A DNA stretch of 61,610 nt, the filler included, from Sphacelaria rigidula (lineage: Eukaryota): the NCBI GenBank assembly GCA_964200075.2. It is 6 parts of 6 records of this genome, joined end to end, with 100 filler letters (N's around TTAATTAATTAA, not from the genome) between each part and the next. Parts side by side here need not be neighbours in the genome. Positions count along the whole stretch, not along the records: positions 10,287 to 20,472 come from CAXNAA020006972.1; positions 20,573 to 30,758 come from CAXNAA020006973.1; 4 more parts are not named here. One strand, given 5' to 3'. Shown piece after piece: positions 10,287 to 23,879 of the stretch (the stretch's first letter is position 1; each line of letters starts with the position of its first letter). The position numbers were made by a program, and so were the translations under genes. The notes below the pieces were generated by a model. That model did not search any database, had not been told where the DNA came from, and saw nothing but the letters and a program-made list of their open reading frames with translations.

Positions 10287-12794
10287 TGAAGAGTTCATCG
10301 CTGCTGGCAATGCTGTGCAGTGTGTTTACGCACAAACACTACCCTCCACATGCAGCTGCGGGCGCGAGGTACAGGCGGAAAAAAGAACTGATTAGGTTGG
10401 ACGAGAGTCGAACCCTCGACTTCACACTTCCGTTGTCAACCGGTTCCACACGGAGCTACGCGTGGTAGTCAATACGAGTTAGGTTTTTTGTACTTCTGAA
10501 TTTTGGGGCCCTCGAAGGTCCGTGTCAAAAACACTGAAATCCCCCGAATTGTTTTTAGAGGCACAAGTGTAATAATGGAAATCTGGAATTTGGACAGCCG
10601 CTGCTGTTTGAGTTAAATCCTAATTCCACACTTGGAATAGAGCAAAAAGGATTCATTCAAAATAAATCCTAATTCCAAACTTGGAATATCGGGGAAAAAG
10701 GATTCATTCCGAAGAGCTTCAGTTGTACAGATAATCCCATATACACTGTATATAGCAGATGGAATTTGTACACCGCGAAGAATATACCTGAAATTGGGTG
10801 GAGAAAGAACTTGCTCGCGAGCAGCTTCAGCTGTTCAAGTCCCACATACTGCACGCAAGCTTTCGTTGCAGCTGTATCGTCATGAGCAATTGACCTCGGT
10901 AATAGATGCACATACCTGATGAAAACCCCGTAGTCCTGCGTCGACGAAACTAAAACAATTTACAGGGAATAATGAAGCATCTCATCGCGTGGTTGATACT
11001 GCGCATACTGGGGATACATATTCACAACAATAAACTGTACTGGACTGTGCAATACCATCGCATGCGGTACAGTGCGCTATACCGCCGTGCTTATACGTGC
11101 GGTGCCATGTACTGCAGATAGCTGGCTATAAATACAGTGTAGATGCCTGCATGCAGCTTATTTTGATATATGGGCGGGTGTTATATACCGTCACGAACTC
11201 CAGTTTTTCACGCGCGCGTTCCAGCACAGCATATTTGCGCGCACATGCATCAGCTGCATGCTGCTCTGCACAGTAAGTAGGGCGTGAAAGGGAAGGGGAA
11301 AAGTACAGTACAGACAGCGCAGGACAATGTATGCATGTTCTCTACCTACAGTGCGACGTGAAAAGGACTTGAACAACGTGCAGCATATCGTACGCGCGGC
11401 CTGTATGCCGCACTACATATGTTATATCGCGGTGCGTCCGCAGCATGCATATGGTGAGTGCTATACATAATATAGGCGGCCGGTTGATATTGTTCCTCGC
11501 ACCCGCCTATATATATACGCACCCGCCCGCGTATGTCGTCACCGCGCGCGATGTCGCGACCGCCATGAAAGAAGGTGCTCAAGTTTCCACCAGCGAGAAA
11601 TACATCATATCCACCCGCACGGCAGTGTGTATATGTGTCTATATATATATCCCTGTGCCCGACCCGTGCCCTTTGCTGCGGGGTTGTGGTGGTATAGCTG
11701 CATGGGTGGAATAATAATAATACTGTTGTGCGCGGCGGGTGGGTATATGCGTTTATTGATGTTCGATTTGTGTGCGGTGATAAATACACGGAGTGATGGC
11801 CTACATATACTATTCATATACGATGGATTAAGTGATATTTCTAAACATGGTTCGTGTTGGTAGAGAACGGAAGACGGGGTTTTGTGAAAAATGTACATAG
11901 ATTGACGAGGTATACCCGATCATCTGGCATTTCCCCACCTTCCCAGGGGCTTCAGACGAAGCACAGGTGTGGACATACACACGTATCCAACGTTTGGGAT
12001 CTCTATTCAGCGAAAGCGGTTGAGAGCTATTCATCCTTTAGCCCATGTACACATGGACTGGGGGGTGAAAGGATGAATACCTTTCAGCGACTTTTTCTGC
12101 GTGTCGGATCCCATGCGCCGGTGACGATGCAGTATGCGGGATTTGCCCAGCAGCTGACGCTGCTCGCAATATAAATTTCTTTTCCCCCAATCTATGGATA
12201 GAATTGGAGGGAAAAGTAAATACTTATTTCGAGCTTCTTCTGCTGTTCAAATTCCGAATCTGCCAGTGTGCATGGGATTTGCGCAGCAGAAAAAGCTGTT
12301 CGAAATAGATCCTTTTCTCACTCATCTCAAAAATGGGCGAAAAAAGGATCCATCTTGAACAGCTTCTTCTGCTCTTCAAGTTAAATCCTTCTTTTGCCAA
12401 AATAAATTGGGCGAGAAGAGGATCTGTTTTGGATCTAGCTTGTCCTGCTGTCCAAAATAAATTCCCTTTCGCTCGATTCAAATCGGGTGAAGAGGAATTT
12501 ACCTCGGATAGGAGGACAAGGTATTGAAGATATATAAATTTACAGATTTTGTATCAAAATATTTGGAATTTTCGAAAAAAAACTTGAGGTTTTTTCACCA
12601 AAACACTACCACATGACTGTGCAGGGCTTTGCCGACGTGCCTACATAGGGCTACAAATCCAACCCTGGGGAAAACCCTATCAAAACGCTGCGATGGGTAC
12701 AGATTTTGCATTTCACTGTCAGAGTTTTTTCACAAAGTCTGTGGAAGACCCTGTACGGACCCTGCACAGTGCGCCCCACAGGGTGCTATCTGTC

Positions 12795-12843
12795 CACGGA
12801 TGGAAGGTTACGAGGTTACCAACTGAGCCGCCGGGGCGACTGC
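12795..12843 (-). mobile_element. SINE head fragment
   Basis: Reverse complement GCAGTCGCCCCGGCGGCTCAGTTGGTAACCTCG matches 36805-36840. Confidence 0.65.
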
Positions 12844-12905
12844 GCTGTGAAGTACTCGTACCGTACTGTGTACTGTAAGACACCATTCTCAAAAATGATA
12901 TCGTA

Positions 12906-13270
12906 CACTAAAATGAGGTTCAAGCCCAAAACAGTGCTGCCTTCACACTCTCGGCGATGGTGCCCGATGACGTGTATATCGGCCTGATGCCCCTCGATCG
13001 CGCAGGTAATTTTTCAGCGCATTTTACTGACTCTGTGAGCTTACAACGCTGACCGAAACCGTCATTTTCCCTGCCTTTTGAGGGGGGGGAGGGGGATGAT
13101 ATCGGGGAAAATGACGGTTTCGGTCAGCGCTGTAAGCTCATACAGTCAGTGAAATGCGCTGAAATATCATCTACGCGATCGAGGGGCATCAGGTCGACAA
13201 AATAGTCATCGGGCACCATCACTGACAGCATGAAGACAGCACTGTTTTGGACTTGGACCTCCTTTTAGTG
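12906..13270. mobile_element. Foldback MITE with CACTA...TAGTG termini and flanking TA duplication
   Basis: ~165-bp inverted arms (12906-13070 / 13103-13270), with TA at 12904-12905 and 13271-13272. A second single arm lies at 56646-56803. Confidence 0.85.
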
Positions 13271-13290
13271 TACAACCGGTACCGCACGAA

Positions 13291-16200
13291 TTAGGGACCG
13301 TGGCCTCGATGACTCCGCGCGATAGCATCTGTACTGCCCAACGGCTGCAACAACTCCTCCGCACAGATGACAGCAACACACAACAGTATACCGCTCACTT
13401 TGCCCTTTGTATCCACCTGCACCGCACCCCCAACTCGGACCGTTGACGCAGGGAGCAGTCTACACGCCGATGGACACCGCCCATGGATACTGAAGGTATG
13501 CATGCGGCCAACACCGCTGGTGTTGGCCCCGTTCGTTTGGAGGTGAGGCAGTGAAACTCGAAAACGAGCGCGTCGGCCGTGCAACCGATCATCAAAGGTG
13601 ATTGCGTCGTTATATGCACATCGATAACGCTGCGAGAATAATGACTCGTTTCGCCGCAGACAAACGGCGTCATGACGTCCGTCAATCCTCCTGCCACTAC
13701 GAGCTGGGCCAGCTTGAAAGCGACTAAAAGTTGCTCACACCACAGCTTTTGTAGTATCCCGAATGAACCCGATGTAAGCATATCACTGTGGACTGCAGAC
13801 CTACCTAATGACAAAGGACTGCGTCGCTGTTCGATCGGCGTCGTATTGCCGATGGCGTTATTGTACTGCGTAGAGTAAGGGGTGCGTCTCATATCGTTGA
13901 GCGATAGCGTGTCGGAGTGTGTGTGTGTGTGTGTTTATGTGGCGAGTTTACGTCAATAATCACCCCGCACTGGGCATTAGCGGGGTGCAGCAGCGTCACG
14001 GAAAATGTTGCACGCACGACCCAATTCGGCGACTCTTGAGCTGAAATTTCAGGAAGATCTTCTGCACCCAAGGAAATGATACTTCACGTGAGCAGCTGCA
14101 GATTCTCATTTATTTGCTGAACTTATGACATTATATGTTTTTGCTGAAACTTCAAATGCCCATAACTCCTTTTTTTGTTTTCCTTTTTTTCTTTGCTGCT
14201 GACGTGATCTTCTGCATTTCGATCATAGAAAGCTGCTGTCAAAATTTCTGCGCCCAACAATTTCGCGCCGTGCATCGCCTGAGCGAGAAAACCACCCATT
14301 GTTGGCTGGCCCAGCTCGTACTACCGGCGGATAAAATGTGCAAAGAAAACTTCCGCACATTCGATAAGTCGAAGCACCTGCATTCGATTTAAGTCGTTTT
14401 AGTACAATGCCAGGTCTCCGTTTTACGATATACCCGGCAGTACCAATATCCATGAGTTCACATCACGTGCCGCACTCGTGCAGGTCATTTTGCTCGCGGC
14501 GAGGATCCGTGATTATCGGCATGCATTGGTATATTATTTTGCCTGTTGTGTTCACCCGCCAACGGCAAATTTACCCCTTCAGGTTTCCGCTTACAGCACT
14601 TTTCGCCGACGGGGTCGCCCATGACGGCACCGGAACCTATCGGCGTAATGTATTCTCGCCCACGGACACCGTTGTTGGAGTTCTGTCAGGAGTTCAAGAT
14701 GATCACCAAGAAAAATATTCGGAACCTCCCTGTCGTGGGCCACAGTACGAAACAGTGATGAGGAAAGTGCGCGAACGTTGTGCGGAAGAAATCCAGTGGT
14801 TGCTACCCCTAGCGACAGCCGTGCTGGGCCTTGCCGCGACTCCCTGAAAGATTCGACGTATCTGGCATAAATTTATTGCATCACGGCGGACCGTTATGAA
14901 TGGTCCTGCCAACTCAGTACGAGCGTCGAGATTCACGAAGTAGCGCCAAAACGGACGTTATAAAGAGATGTCAGCGTTTGTTATCCAGCCGACGGTAAAG
15001 GCGGCGGCGTCAGCCCATTTCCATAACTCCGGCGCTGACCACCCAATCCCCAGAGCGAAGCAGGCCCTGGCGATCTTCTATCTATCTATCGAGCAGGCAA
15101 CTTCCAATTAGTATGCTTCTTCCCTGGCTTTGCCGTAACACAAACCGAAGGCAATGGGTCGATGCAACCTCGCTATTTGGCGATCGTAGTTCCGCCTGAT
15201 GCCGGCGCTGTCCTCATGGTCCACCTCTCCTGTCTTTGTGTGCTCCAATACTAACAGGACACATCTGTTACCCGCGCCCCACCCTCGTGTCTTACCATGT
15301 GTTGGCGTCTTCCAGGCCACGAACGACAAGCTGATAACTGTCTTCGAGGATGTCAACATGGTCGAGTTCAGGTACCCCATGGGCGCGTTGGCACTAAGAG
15401 GGGATCGCGTAAGTTCTCCGGTGCGGGGTGGGGACTTTTACAGACTGGTGCAGCATTGGGACACCGGATACTGTCATGCTTTTTCGAAGCCATATATTCT
15501 GCAGCAGTGGGTTCGTGCCACACCGGAGTGGAACTACGACCCTGGTGCTGAGCAAGCAGCGTACGACTTCTTCTTGCAGATGTTTCACAACGTGCGATGC
15601 GCCGATTATTGCAGGCGACTGAGCTTGGTTGCCGTACTGTTTAGGAGAGATAAAGCCACGCGGTAGGCCCTGCGCGCAACGTTGAAGACCGCCCCCGCTG
15701 TCGCCAAGCCTGAAGCGCCGCTTGCGAACAGAGGCGGCGGTGGTGCTTCGGGTGGCACTCACGAAATCGCGCTGGCGCTTGCTTGCGGCGAAGTTGACCG
15801 AGGTGTCCTTCGGTTGACCGAGGTGTCCTTCGGTTGACCGAGGTGTCCTTCGGTTGACCGAGGTGTCCTTCGGGAAGCTCACAGTCGGCCTGTTGAGGGA
15901 TCACATTCATGTGGTGGTGGGTAGCCTGAAGGTGCAGAGGAAGGCCCCAAAAATACGCCGATGAGCGTAGCTTCATCACCTGGTGCTGGAGATTGATACT
16001 CCTGGGGAGGACAGTTAAGTGTTGCAGAATTTCGACGACGTCCGGGCAGCATCGGCCATGGAAGCCGTGGATGTCGATGTAGGTTCGCAACGGTAGGGGA
16101 ACTCTATGTCTGGTGACTTCTATTTTGTCTTCTCGATAGTGTGAAGAGTACGGCGATGTCAGGTTCACCCACGACGAATGTACGCACGGTCGCGCGTGAT

Positions 16201-18400
16201 TCGCATTTGTGGTTAGGTTTAGCGTGGTGTGCCTTGTTTTCTGACGTGTCGTTCAAGTAGTGTGTCTGTGAACGTTCGGTGACAGCTGTGTGTGTAGGGC
16301 ATGCGTGTGGGATACATTGTGACGACTAGGGGTAACTCATACGTTTTAGAAGTGGCACGACAGCCACCAGCTATCTGTCTCGGCTACCACAATCTCGGAG
16401 CTCTTCGCAGTTGCTACGGTAGATGTTCGAGTGGCGAGCTGTCATGCGCAAGAAATTACCAAGGAATCGGGGCTGGTTTGTATAAGTGGTGCATAATACC
16501 CCCCCGTGTTTTATATTCGGGCATTTGAAGATGAGCGTTCATCCTCAAGGCGGATATTGCACGCATGGTACATTGTGTAACAGATTCGGTTCCACTTCAA
16601 TCATGTTTTCATTTTTTTCGCCGTCGGCGACTTGCAACAGTTTGTCCTCGCGTGCGACCGCCTATCGCAGTGCACGATTCCTCCCAAAGATTTGGGATCA
16701 GGGTATATTTGCACCACATACCGTCATGAGGATCATCGATGTACAATATCGGACGACCCATGGGCTGACCGGCCCTCGGGCGTCCTGCGACTATGCAGCC
16801 CCGGATTTTCACATTTTGGTGTTGTCGTTCGATTTAAACAATCCTGATCATTCTCGTGGAACAAATATTGAGCATTGTTACTATAGTCTACTGTTCGTCG
16901 CTCAATAGCCGGGAAATCGTGTTTATGAGATCACTGATGGTCGATAACACCCACCTTATACACGGCATTCGTACTCCATATCACCACGATAAGACGGGGC
17001 GAAAAGTAGAGTCCCGAGCACCACTTGCTTGATTTTCAAAAATCTGTCGACGCCAGGACTTTCGAGTTCTACGGATGAATGCCACGGAGTATAATTCAGG
17101 AAAATACCCGACGGTGATATTGTCCGAACCGAGTTTCGTGCAGCTCAGGGGTCGCGAATCAATCCCGATCACTCTCTTGAGAAATGTTGAGTGATGCTAC
17201 GGTTGGGGTGCACGAATATTTCTGAGCGTAGAATGGTTCGGAGTTATGAAATATGTGAGCACGCCAGGATTACTATTCCAATGTGCTAAGGACATCCCGA
17301 ATAAAAGTTGCAAGCAGGGATACCCCGACCCATGTTCTTGTGCATGTAGAATGGTTGGGATTCCCTGAACCAGACAAGATTTTGAGGAAAAAGTGCACCC
17401 CTACCGTAGCATTGCTCTGTTATCGACTCTTGTGATTTTTCTGTAGCTGTTTATTGCGCGAGATCTGGAAATAAGTAAGAAGTGTCGTTGATCAATAATG
17501 ACCAAAAACACACCTGTAGTTATACGGAATTAAGAATTCCAGTCTCTGTTTAAGTGACTTTTTCTCGTGGAATACTTTTCGGCTACATGTGACAAAATGA
17601 CATCAATAATCTCCACTTTGAGTGTTACCTTTCCGATCAAATCGGGGCACTTCCGAATCCATACAGATCTGTGCCCAAAATCTGTACGGGTTCGGGATTG
17701 TCCGGAGTTCAACATGAACCTGGCATGCCAAAAGTCAACGTCCAGAGAATCGGAGATTTGATATGGTCTTCTCACAGCTAGCCGCAAAACATTGCCCGTA
17801 GTACTTGAGTCCTTGAAATCAAACCACTGGAGAAAATCGTCTGGAGACGGTTTGAAACCATCACGTCTTCACGAATACAGATCAGTTCCCATGAAAAAAT
17901 GGTCAAGGTCTTCCGACAATGAGCCGAAATATTTCATTTTGTTTCGGGACGTAGAACGGGCGCGTAGTATCTGCCCATCTTCACACCCTGAGGTCGAGCG
18001 TTCAGTGCGATGAACAACGACACGCTAGGAAAGCTGTTGAAGATCGCCGAGTCCGACAACACGCCATAAATATCCTGATTTAGACCAAAATGACTGCACG
18101 AGCTGGGCCAGCCTGAAAACGGATCTAAGCTCTCACAGTTCTCGTGCGGAAGATCTCCACATCCAAGTTTATTGCGTGGAGGCTATTGTTTTCACTCATA
18201 TGCAATGCCTTCAGTGAGCGGGGAACACAAAAAACCTTACTTCTCTTGTCGGTGTAATGCTGAATACGTGAGGAGATGTAATGTGACTCAGGTTTAATTG
18301 GGACCACTTTCGGCGCGTATAGCGAGTGATGTCTGTTGACGTTGATTTTTTCCTGCAGCACGGGCGAAGGATCGATACCCGCGCCTGTACCAAACTCCTT
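13291..18400. pseudogene. Cluster of decayed, apparently intronless ORFs on both strands; product unknown
   Basis: Broken frames at 13291-13892 (-), 14590-15666 (+), 15641-16168 (-) and 17530-18400 (-). Two of them share a CEQL..xF(K/R)LAQLV motif. No family recognised. Confidence 0.35.
15793..15872. repeat. Perfect 20-bp tandem repeat x4
   Basis: GTTGACCGAGGTGTCCTTCG repeated four times. Confidence 0.95.
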
Positions 18401-19531
18401 TACTTCCCTCGCGATATGGCGTTAATTTTTTTTACATTTGGCTCAACATCTCACGTGCACGCACACAACGCGTACTAAATTTCATTCTCGAGTGTCAGAA
18501 AAGTGGCGGTGCTTTCAACTCTGGTGGGGGATGTTGGAGGCAATATATGAAGGGCGGGTTGAGGGGCATGGGAATTCGAGCGAAGGATGGTTCCGGGATA
18601 AATGTCCATAGCTTTTCTCCCTCCAATCAGTTCTCTGCTGGTCAAATATTCGTAGGGCGAATCGCAAGGGCACATCGTAAACACTACCCAGGCGAGTCTT
18701 CATGTTTTTGGGTGTTGCTTCGTGAGCTAAGAACGCCATCGGCATGACACTGCCATTGCTACACTAGGAGGTCCTCAACTCGTGAAAAATCACTCACGTG
18801 GGTCAATTTCGTTCATGTTTACCACGCCCTAGCGATTCTCCAGATAGCATGTCAAAGAAAAATCACAAAAACGGGGGTGGTGAATGACCTACATAAAACT
18901 GTTTCGAAAACCGGCATGTTCACACTGTGAAGCGCCCATCATCATCTCCACTTTGAGGTTCAGATTCTCACATTGGGCATGGAGAATGAAGAGAGATTGA
19001 CAAAATATTATACATATATGTATATATTGCTAATTGTTTCATGACTTTCGGATATTGTCGTGAAGAAGGGATCTCGTGCAGGACCAAATAGGCAGTTTTT
19101 TACGTGTGTTTCACCTCTTGGACATAGCAAGTGGCATCAGGCGGCCAGGCAAGAATCAAAATATGTCTACGGAGGTGACACCGGCCACAGCGGACATACC
19201 AACGTGCTCATGCTCGCGATGTCGCCGACGAAATTACAAACACGGAAACGTACAGCGAGATGCATAATAGACATCAACGATGGAACCGCGTTCAACAGAA
19301 AGAAACAGAGTGTCAACCACGATCCGCAACTTCCCAGTGTACTCCATTCATCATAACGTAGCCGACTTGGGCAGTTATAGGCTGATCTGTTGCTGTAGGA
19401 GCGAGGGGTAAGAGTGATTTTACTGCAGTAAAAACAGCCGGGTGCCTGGAGGGTGGCATTTTGGATCCTCCAGACCCTCCGCAAGGTAGGTTGCCGTGGA
19501 GGGTCAGAAAGTTGACGTTGCCAGCGTGTAT

Positions 19532-19900
19532 GTTGGAACCCATTACAGGTTGCAAGCATGTTCAAGGCAAGTGCATTATCGTAGTGGCCACTGGGGTGCC
19601 TGGAACGTGCCTGAATGGATGATCCACATGTTCGGCAACGTACCTTGCAGGGCAAGGTCGGCAACGTGACGTTGTCACACGTTGCCACATATTGCCGGGG
19701 TAAACGTTGAAACCCATTACATCTTGCAGGCATATTCACGACAAAGGTACCATCGTAGCGGCCACTGGGGTGCCCGAAACGTACCTGGATGGATGTTCCA
19801 CATGTTCGGCAACGTACCTTGCCGGGCAAGGTTGGCAACGTGACGTGGCCACACGTTGCCAGGGTATACGTTGGAACCCATTACAGGTTGCACGCACGTT
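19532..19900. repeat. ~170-bp tandem repeat, about 2.2 copies, rich in CAACGT/ACGTTG
   Basis: GTTG(G/A)AACCCATTAC recurs at 19532, 19706 and 19870 with collinear intervening sequence. Confidence 0.85.
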
Positions 19901-21199
19901 GAAGTCAGGTATATGTTACGGGCGCGACTGATTTTCGAACTCCGGAAAAAAAGAAACGAGGAGGGGCGGGGGTGGGGTTGTGAAACAAACAGAATAGTGT
20001 TGGCCATCGTGGTCGTCCACATGCATGTCTCTACTGTACAAGTCGAGTACTAGAGCGAAACAACAACAGGATTTCGGTCATGCAGGTTACGAGGTTTTGC
20101 TAGCTCATGCAAATATGACTTACTTTTACTGTTATATATAACAGGGGATTCTATAAAATGAGGTTCATCAATGAAATGAGGTTTGAAGACCCTAGCCGTT
20201 GAGTGACAAAAAGCCCTCAGGAGTACCGCACGACGCTGCTGATGTGCAATATTTGGGAGTGGTAGGAAGTGCGTCCGTGGTTGCACATGTCGCCCACCCG
20301 TGGTTAGCTGCGGACGACGGAGCATAACAACGTTTGTTTGGTTGTCGACGATGTTTTCACTATTGTTTGTCTCGAGGCTCGTGTCCAGACAAAAATCTCG
20401 GGCGTCAAGTTGCTGTCAGTATGGTCAGTAAGGTGCTGTCAGTGACGTGGTGGGGGGGGGGGGGGGCGTAGTNNNNNNNNNNNNNNNNNNNNNNNNNNNN
20501 NNNNNNNNNNNNNNNNTTAATTAATTAANNNNNNNNNNNNNNNNNNNNNNNNNNNNNNNNNNNNNNNNNNNNTCAGGGGGGGGCGGGTGAAACGATCCTG
20601 ATCGCTTTCGTGAATCATTTTCCAGACCCTTATTTTATTTTTTCTTCTGTTCATTGCTCTCGAGCCGAACAGAAATGTGCTTTGGACCCAGAACGCTCCC
20701 TGTTTATTCCGTCTGTAAGTCGTTTAATATTGAGCGCAAAGATGATTTTTGTTCCGGCACATGGAGCGGATGCCAAGTATCTCCCGATCCCCAAGCTTGG
20801 GGATCAGGCGTTCACTGGGATGAGAGGTGGCACCAGAAAAAAACTAATGAAAATAGTCGACTACGAACATTGAAAAAACAAACTCTCCTTTTTTTTCAGC
20901 TGGAAGCATCTCAAATTTCGGGGGACGTCTACCTCGTAAACACGACTCGAGTCGTGGCAAATCAGTGCATGTGGCGACAATCAACCCATCGAGGCATTTA
21001 TCACATGATTCAATCGGTCACTCAATAAGTGAGTCAATCAATGCGTTAATCAATGAATCAATCAATCGGTTACACTTTGCGTGTTCTTTGTGTGCGTAGG
21101 AAATCGAGCCGCGACAAGAACAAAGTCGTTTCTTCATCGACTACTTTAACAATCCACGTTCCGACGAGATGCTTTCTCCGGTTTTCTCATCTATTCCCG

Positions 21200-21380
21200 G
21201 TGTGCACTTTTTACGTCTTAGTCTGCTATGTCGTTCTGTTCGATTTTTCTTTTTCTTTTTTCTGTTCCTTCTTTTCTTCAGCGAGTGTGTCAGTTTTGTT
21301 TTTCTCGGGCACGTCTAACGTGAGACCACGGCTGGACCCCTGGGCGGTCAGTTCAGGTACGACAATCAGTCAATCAATCA
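21200..21380 (+). mobile_element. Retroposon 3' end with (CAAT)n tail
   Basis: CCACGGCTGGACCCCTGGGCGGTCAGTT..CGACAATCAGTCAATCAATCA, homologous to 3898-4282 (-). Confidence 0.65.
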
Positions 21381-22817
21381 TCTCACTTCCGCATCTTGTG
21401 GATATACGGTACAGCGGCAACATCGTGTCATCTTTCTATGCCGTCCATCCTCTGCATCTCTGTGTGAAAACACGTCAGATATCGTCTTGTAGGATGAACC
21501 CTCGCCGTGATACAGGCGCAAGCTTAGGAGTAGGCTCAGGGTTCAGCAGTTCCAAAGCTTCTGAACCACGAGGCGGTGGCATGAGAGGTCCGACGATGCG
21601 GAGTATGGCGAGGCACAATCTCCCCACATCATTCTGTACACTGTGTTGAGAGATATCCTGGCACCAATTTCACTTCCTCCTATCGTGAGGGGTTGTGCTA
21701 TGCCGAGGAATACCAAGACTGAGGGCAACTTCGTATATTTCAAGCTGAGCAAGTAAAGGTCCTCGATGGAGAACGAGTGAGACACACGCGCCTTAGGATG
21801 ATATCATGGAGAGTATAGTTGTTGTTGCCATCACCACTACGACAGCATCATGTTTACCGATAATGCTTTACTGCCACTGCCCGTGTAATAGTACGTCTGC
21901 TATCGGGTCATCCCCCACTACCCCACCCCTGTTGCTGGTGTGTGCATCGGGCGCACCGATCTACAGAATCGGCAAGCGGGGTTGCACTCGGAGACTAAGG
22001 CGGCGCAACGGATCGTCAGGTTTATCGTATCCGTGGCCGCCTTCAAAAGGCGAGGCGCGGGTTGGGGCGGGGAACTTTGAAGTGATGACGACATTCTGTG
22101 ACCATCGCCAGCGAAAACGAACATCGCAAACGGCTTTACCCGCACACGGTATATTGAGGGCGCATGGCCAATAACTGGGGAATGTCGAAATATTGAGCCG
22201 TATTGTCTGACGCATGTCTAGGAAAAGGTGAGAGCAGCAGTCACACACGACTCCTTACCATTGATTTCCGGTCCGCTGGTGGGATTCACCGACGAGGAAG
22301 CTTAAGAGAGACCATCGCCGCCTCTTGCGCTCCTACCTAAAATCTTGCCTACTTTCGGGCCGCGACCTTTTATCACAGGAGTTCCACGAAGCCGTCAACA
22401 TGCACGACCTGGCAAGGCACACACGAATTTTTTTTTCAAGCAATGCAATGTCTTGGACAACGTGCGGCGCCTGCTATGTCCGTCCGCCCTGAAGTAGGAA
22501 TATGTCGAGACCGTCGTCCTCCTGTTATTCCTTCGTCTGTGTCTTGCGATGCTCTGTGGGGTGGGATTTATGTCCGAATACCAGGAGCGAAAAGGAAGTG
22601 CAAAGGGCTATCCAGATTCAGGCCCTCATTCGAATGCGTCTCAGATATGTGAGTGAGTAAAAACACTTTTTCAGGCGCGGGAGCCCGACGATACAATTTC
22701 GCTGTCCTTCATAGCTTTAAGAAGCCTGCGAACTAACGGTATCGTATGGAATGATTGGATAAAGCGAAGGCCTCACTACTACCGTACGTGCACCATGAAC
22801 AGCAGTACACGAATCTC

Positions 22818-22903
22818 TTGCTCGCTTGCTTGCTTGCTTGCTTGTTGTTGTTGTTGTTGTTGTTGTTATTGCTATTGCTACTGCTGCTGCTGCTGCTGCT
22901 GCT
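22818..22903. repeat. Compound microsatellite (GCTT)n-(GTT)n-(GCT)n
   Basis: Read directly from the sequence. Confidence 0.95.
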
Positions 22904-23879
22904 GGCATTTTCAAGCACGCTCGGGTCTGCATGAGTTCTCCACGTCAGTTCGCCGCATTGCTTCTGTGCTATACATGACCTACCATTAAAACGCTTTCCA
23001 CGACATCGCTTTTGCAAAAACGTCCTTGGCTTACCCGACTAAAAACAACCCCCGACTTGGGGCCGAGCGGTAACACGGCCCTCCGCGCCGTAGTTGCGAT
23101 ATATGAGGTGGAAGCACGCCCAGAAGCGACCAATGATCGTCGGCGTCCACCGCGCTGCTGGACTCCCCGTGGGCGGGCTTCCCGGGAGCGATGTTATCAA
23201 CGGAGTGTGCAACGCTTACATCATCATTACCATCCTGGAAAAGAGCGGGTGAGCCTCCTCTAGGAAAAATGGTGCATCAGAGAGGGTGCAATGTGCTATC
23301 CCCTCCCCTCCTCACGCGCCCTCCTACGGGATCTTAACTTGCCCTCCTCCCAAAGCTTCCCGTAAGTGCGTGGGCTAAGTTCAAGCTATGTTTTGCAATA
23401 AGATCAGCACTTTTGTCGCGAAAAAAACAGAAAGTGGTCGTAATGATGGCATTTAAAAAAACGGAGAAGATATACTGTACGCATTTTCCATCACCTTTTG
23501 GACCATGGACCATGCCCATCCTTCTTTCTTTTCAGCATACGTCCCGTTTCTAAGTTTACCCCGGTGAAGACGGGGAAACAATCATGTTATTCTTCTTTTC
23601 CTTTTTTTTCGTTTTTCGACCTCCTTTCGAAATACCGAGAAAGTGTTGAATATGAAACCGATTCGAGCTTTTTGTCTTCGGCCAACAAAATTATGTCTGC
23701 AGTCAGAATACGTACGTTCCCTACAAAATCATTACGAGAAGTTTGCTTGGGCTCGTGTGTTGTTGGCCCTGTGGAGGGTGCTTCGGTTGTAGCCCCTCCC
23801 CTCTACAAACCCCAACCCCAACCCACCCTCCTCGTCAGACCATGCCTTCCCTACAAGATTTACTACTACGTCGTAGGAC

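Noticed and set aside
10570-12500. Single element bounded by related AAAAAGGAT(T/C)CAT / AGTTAAATCCT motifs
   Set aside because: Motifs recur at both ends in mixed orientation, but no termini or TSD could be defined.
22717-23017. Poly-Cys, poly-Asn and poly-Thr ORFs
   Set aside because: Translations of a compound microsatellite.
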